Assembly (NCBI GenBank): GCA_038087875.1
Contig: CM075995.1
Location: forward strand, 6,636,001 to 6,700,000
DNA: 64,000 nt
Direction of reading: 5' to 3'
DNA from: Malacoraja senta
Taxonomy: Eukaryota
Position 1 is the first letter of the stretch. Each line of letters starts with the position of its first letter. Under the pieces are notes generated by a model. That model did no database searches and was not told the DNA's origin. It saw nothing but the letters and a program-made list of their open reading frames with translations. Both the position numbers and the translations under genes were made by a program. Positions 60,143-64,000 of this stretch are shown here, one piece after another.

Positions 60143-60184
60143 TATATACACATACACAAACACACAAACTCTCTCTCTCTCTTC
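59752..60184. repeat. Compound (TA)n/(TG)n/(CA)n/(CT)n microsatellite
   Basis: Direct reading. Confidence 0.95.
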
Positions 60185-60185
60185 T

Positions 60186-60528
60186 TTCAATGTCTGCAGT
60201 AAGATGCTGCAGATGTTCTACCAAGATGGCCAGTGCCAGCTTCTGTGGACGCTAACAGGATTAACAAGCTCATCAGGAAGGCTGGCTCTGTCCTGGGGGT
60301 GGAGTTCGATTCACTGGAGATGGTCTTGGAGGGGAGGATGCTCCTCAAACTGCGGAGCATCTTGGACAACGCAGCTCACCCCCTCCTGACACACTGGTCA
60401 ACCTGAGGAGCACCTTCAGCAAGACTGGTTTCACCTAGATGCAGCACAAAACACCACAGGAGATCCTTTTCCTCTGTGGCTATCAAACTGTACAACTACT
60501 TCCCTCTCTGTTGTGGGGTAGACTGACT
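60186..60528 (+). mobile_element. Rex1-type LINE 3' fragment
   Basis: ..RINKLIRKAGSVLG..EGRMLLKLRSILDNAAHPL..VAIKLYN, internally deleted. Confidence 0.75.
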
Positions 60529-60611
60529 CCCGTTACCCCTCCTGATCCCTGCTCCCCTTTTTCAGACTGATAGACAGGGGAAAGAGGAATGAGAGATGTA
60601 GATGGTACTTT

Positions 60612-62025
60612 TAGTTTAGTTTAGTTTAGAGATAGAGCGTAGAAACAGGCCTTTTGGCCCACCAAGTCCCCGTCGACCAGCAATCTCCGCATATTAACTA
60701 GCTCCACGGTGCTAGGCCCCAACAACAATGGAGACCCGACAGGGAAAGGTCGGGTCCCCATGCAGGGAAGATATTTAAAAGTCCCCCCCCCCCCCCCACA
60801 TATACACCGCTAAAGTAGCAATGTTACAAAATTTTGAGATTTAAAAAATCAAGTCTGTAATTTATCCCATCAGATAAAGCATAAAAAGAAGTTTAATTTG
60901 ACACCTAATTCACTTTCATATCTTCAGTATTAAAAAAGCTATGGCCATTTTCATACTCGGAAATTAGCATCTTGTTCCCTATTGCTTTTCCATTGACTTA
61001 ACTCAAAAGCTGTGAACGAGGACAGTCAAAAGCCCATAACTTTCTTAAAAATTAAGAGAACTGAATGAAATTTTCAGTTATTATAGATTGAAGCATTCTG
61101 AAACAAATATGAAACAATCTTACTTGGATGACCTGAAATTATAGCATATAATTAGTTAGTTACCTAATTGTAGCTAATTACAAAATTCAATTACTAGATC
61201 TAAACCTCTATCAATTTCTTAAGAAAAGATTAACATTTTTAAATAGCCTAAGTGTCCAAATAACATTCACACAAGAATTCACAATATAACATGATTGTTA
61301 AATCTCATTGTCATGAATTTATAGGCCAAATGGAAGGAATTTAGTGTTTAATTCCCATAAATTAATGGCCATTTAAATCATCTTGCGAGTGGGATTTTGT
61401 GGAACGCGGTTCGCATATTTACATAGTCACCTTTTCGCAACGTAAAATTTTGATTAAAGGCATCCTAAGAAGCACGTTTATATGTAAAATAAAAGGCTTT
61501 CTTTTACCTGTCCCGTGCGTGAAATCCGTCCCCGTTGTCGGCGTTGACGGCTTTAGAAGATGCTTTTTAATTTACTCCAGCAATTAAATTATCCAGTGCA
61601 GTTTAAAATAAATTTAATATAACCGATGTCGAAGTGATTTTACTTCAGCATCTAAACAGCCTGTTCAAAATCGATTTGAATAGGCTGGAGAAATACCGCA
61701 TTTTAAACCCGCCCCCCTCTCAAAGGAGCCAAAGTCGCGCACACGGGCAGTGACAGAACTGCAGCGCCACTGAAGGTAAGTTTTGTAACATACCTACATT
61801 AACACTATCCTACACACACCAGGGACAATTTACAATGTTACCAAGCCAATTACCCTATAAGCCTGTACATCGTTGGAGTGTGGGAGGAAACCGAAGCATC
61901 TGGACAAAACCCACGCAGGTCACGGGGAGGACGTACAAACTCCGCACAGACAGCGCCCATAGTCAGGGTCGAACCCAGGTCTCTGGCGCTGTAAGGCAGC
62001 AACTCTATTGCTGCGCCACCATGCC
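60612..62025 (-). mobile_element. HE1-like V-SINE split by about 1.1 kb of nested insertions
   Basis: Tail 60612-60698; the body resumes at attaacactatcc (61798) and the head is at about 62025. Confidence 0.8.
60815..61797. mobile_element. Non-autonomous TIR DNA transposon of about 980 bp, superfamily unassigned
   Basis: Imperfect TIRs GTAGCAATGTTACAAAATTT / reverse complement GTAGGTATGTTACAAAACTT (17/20); no transposase ORF; TSD unclear. Confidence 0.6.
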
Positions 62026-62654
62026 TCCCTACTTAGGACAAATCAAGAGCAGCGAGAGATTATAGATGGTGCTTTTGGTTTAGTTTAGAGCGTAGAAACA
62101 GGCCCTTCGGCCCACCGAGTCTGCATCGACCAGCAATCTCCGCATATTAACACTATCCTACACACACTAGGGACAGATATGCAGAGAGCAACAATAATCA
62201 AAGAAATGTGGAGTCCACAATGGTCAATATGTACTGACAAAGTTGCAATATAACTGCTGAGGAAAAAAGAGAATAAAGTGACAAGCGATGTTGTTTCTAG
62301 TTGCTCAAATACAATTCAAGAGTGACCACACTATAATTTAAACGCTACATTCAAGCAATAAATATAAAGTTACGCTATGAAAGGATTGCTTCACAATGGT
62401 GTTGAAATGTTACTCATGGCTTACCATTCCCCCTTACTTTAAGGAGAGCTTTTGTAAGTATATTCGGATTTTGGATTGTTAGCTCTCCAGAATTATCCTA
62501 GAGAGCAAAGTTAATTACAGGCATTTGATCCTTACTAGTTAAGCAGAGCCAAACAAAAACAAATAAAAACAATGATTACTGAAGCTAAATGTCTATCAAA
62601 ACTACTTTAACTTTGAGAAGTAACTTTTTGTCTCACGTACTCTTTAGACCTTAG

Positions 62655-62932
62655 GCTTTAGATACAGCGCAAAAACAGGCCCTGCAGCCCACTGAGTCCG
62701 CGCCGACCAGCGATCACCCTGTACACTAGCATTATCCTACACACACTACACAATTTTACAGAAGGCAATTAACTTAAAAACCCGCATGCCTTTGGAGTGT
62801 GGGAGGAAACCAGAGCACCCGGAGAAAACCCACACATGGCCACCCATACAGGCAGCACCTGTAGTCAGGATGGAACCCGCGTCTCCAGCACTGAAAGGAA
62901 GCAACTCTACTGCTGCGCCACTGTACCGCCCC
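62655..62932 (-). mobile_element. HE1-like V-SINE
   Basis: Reverse complement of the SINE consensus. Confidence 0.85.
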
Positions 62933-63344
62933 TAACCCACATAATTCACCAAAATTAATCTTCATGAAACAAGGTACTATGAATATAATTTCAAATGTAA
63001 ACCTGAAAATACTCCTTGCTTCAGACAAGATTAAACTGAACAAAGTTTATCACAGGAAGTAAACAATTTTTAATCATTGCATCTAGCCTCCCACCTGTAA
63101 ATATCCGAATATTAAAGAACTGAAAACGAGAAGGCGCGTAAAGGTACAGCAGTAAGTTTCTTGAAAAAGTAAAATTAATATATCTCAAAGCCTTAATATT
63201 CCTTGCATCCTGAAGCCATTGCAAACAGCAGCCATTAGTGGAACCACAAGCATGGTGATTCATTTAATTTGTAGCTTGGTCAATTTCCAGCGGAAGACTG
63301 TTTCTTGTGCTGTATTTTTCTTAAAACGGTGAGGATGTTGTCTG

Positions 63345-63724
63345 TACCAGGACTTGAGGGTCTGAGCTACAGGGAGCGATTAAGCAGCCTAGGATTCTAT
63401 TCCTTGGAACGCAGGAGGATGAGGGGTGATCTTATAGAGGTGTACAAGATCATGAGAGGGACACATCGGGTAAACACAGAGTCATGAACCAGTCCACATA
63501 GGTTTAAGGTGAAGGGGGAAGATTTAATAGGTAACTTATTTGTTTACACAAAGGTTGGAGGGTGCATGGACAGAGCTGCTGGAGGAGGTAGTTGAGGTAG
63601 GATACTATCACAGCGTTTCAGAAACATTTAGACAGGTACATGGATAGGACGGGTTTAGAGGGATATGGGCCAAATGCAGGCAGGTGGGACTAGTGTAGAT
63701 GGGACAAGTTGGTTAGTGTGGGCA
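63345..63724 (+). mobile_element. CR1/HER1-type 3' fragment
   Basis: PGLEGLSYRERLSSLGFYSLERRRMRGDL.. toward the tail. Confidence 0.85.
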
Positions 63725-63985
63725 ATAGACAATAGACAATAGGTGCAGGAGTAGGCCATTTGGCCCTTCGAGCCAGCACCGCCATTCAATGTGATCATGG
63801 CTGATCATCCCCAATCAGTACCCCGTCCATGCCTTCTCCCCATATCCCCTGACTATTTTTAAGAGCCCTATCTAGCTCTCTCTTGAAAGCATCCAGAGAA
63901 CCTGCCTCCACCACCTTCTGAGGCAGAGAATTCCACAGACTCACCACTCTCTGTGAGAAAAAGTGTTTCCTCGTCTCCGTTCTAA
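63723..63985 (-). mobile_element. CR1 3' fragment
   Basis: ORF 63795-63998 carries the CR1 C-terminus; (agacaat)n tail. Confidence 0.88.
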
Positions 63986-64000
63986 CATCCACAGGCAAGT

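Noticed and set aside
59669..60255. YI/VC/HT-repeat ORFs
   Set aside because: Microsatellite translations.
62425..62497. Exon-like 73-nt segment on the minus strand (ttaactttgctctctag|GATAAT...GGAATG|gtaagc; DNSGELTIQNPNILTKALLKVRGN)
   Set aside because: Splice signals are plausible, but the peptide does not resemble the expected upstream dysbindin exon and inclusion as a cassette would frameshift. Treated as a cryptic site unless RNA-seq shows otherwise.

Overview
Eukaryotic (vertebrate) DNA, almost certainly a cartilaginous fish and probably a skate or ray, judging from the HE1-type V-SINEs and HER1/CR1 LINEs. It is mostly intron of a minus-strand dysbindin-family gene (DTNBP1-like). I can place two internal coding exons: a 133-nt exon at 51983-52115 ([44 protein letters not shown]) and a 23-nt microexon at 49409-49431 (KNIEAMK). 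A candidate alternative first coding exon (MSAPGSAETSERNP, 36466-36508) lies inside the following intron, which runs for more than 49 kb. The rest is densely nested transposon debris: 5'-truncated CR1 and Rex/Babar LINEs, more than 20 tRNA-derived V-SINEs, and Penelope-like fragments. About 20 Penelope terminal units carry a minimal hammerhead-ribozyme core, and many are fold-back palindromes with 10-13 bp target-site duplications (TSDs). There are also hAT-, Harbinger- and Tc1-like MITEs or fragments, a probable Helitron-like element, microsatellites and a 200-N gap. Almost all ORFs in the supplied track are transposon-derived or spurious. Repeat boundaries were read by eye and are approximate; family names come from recalled consensus features, not database searches.
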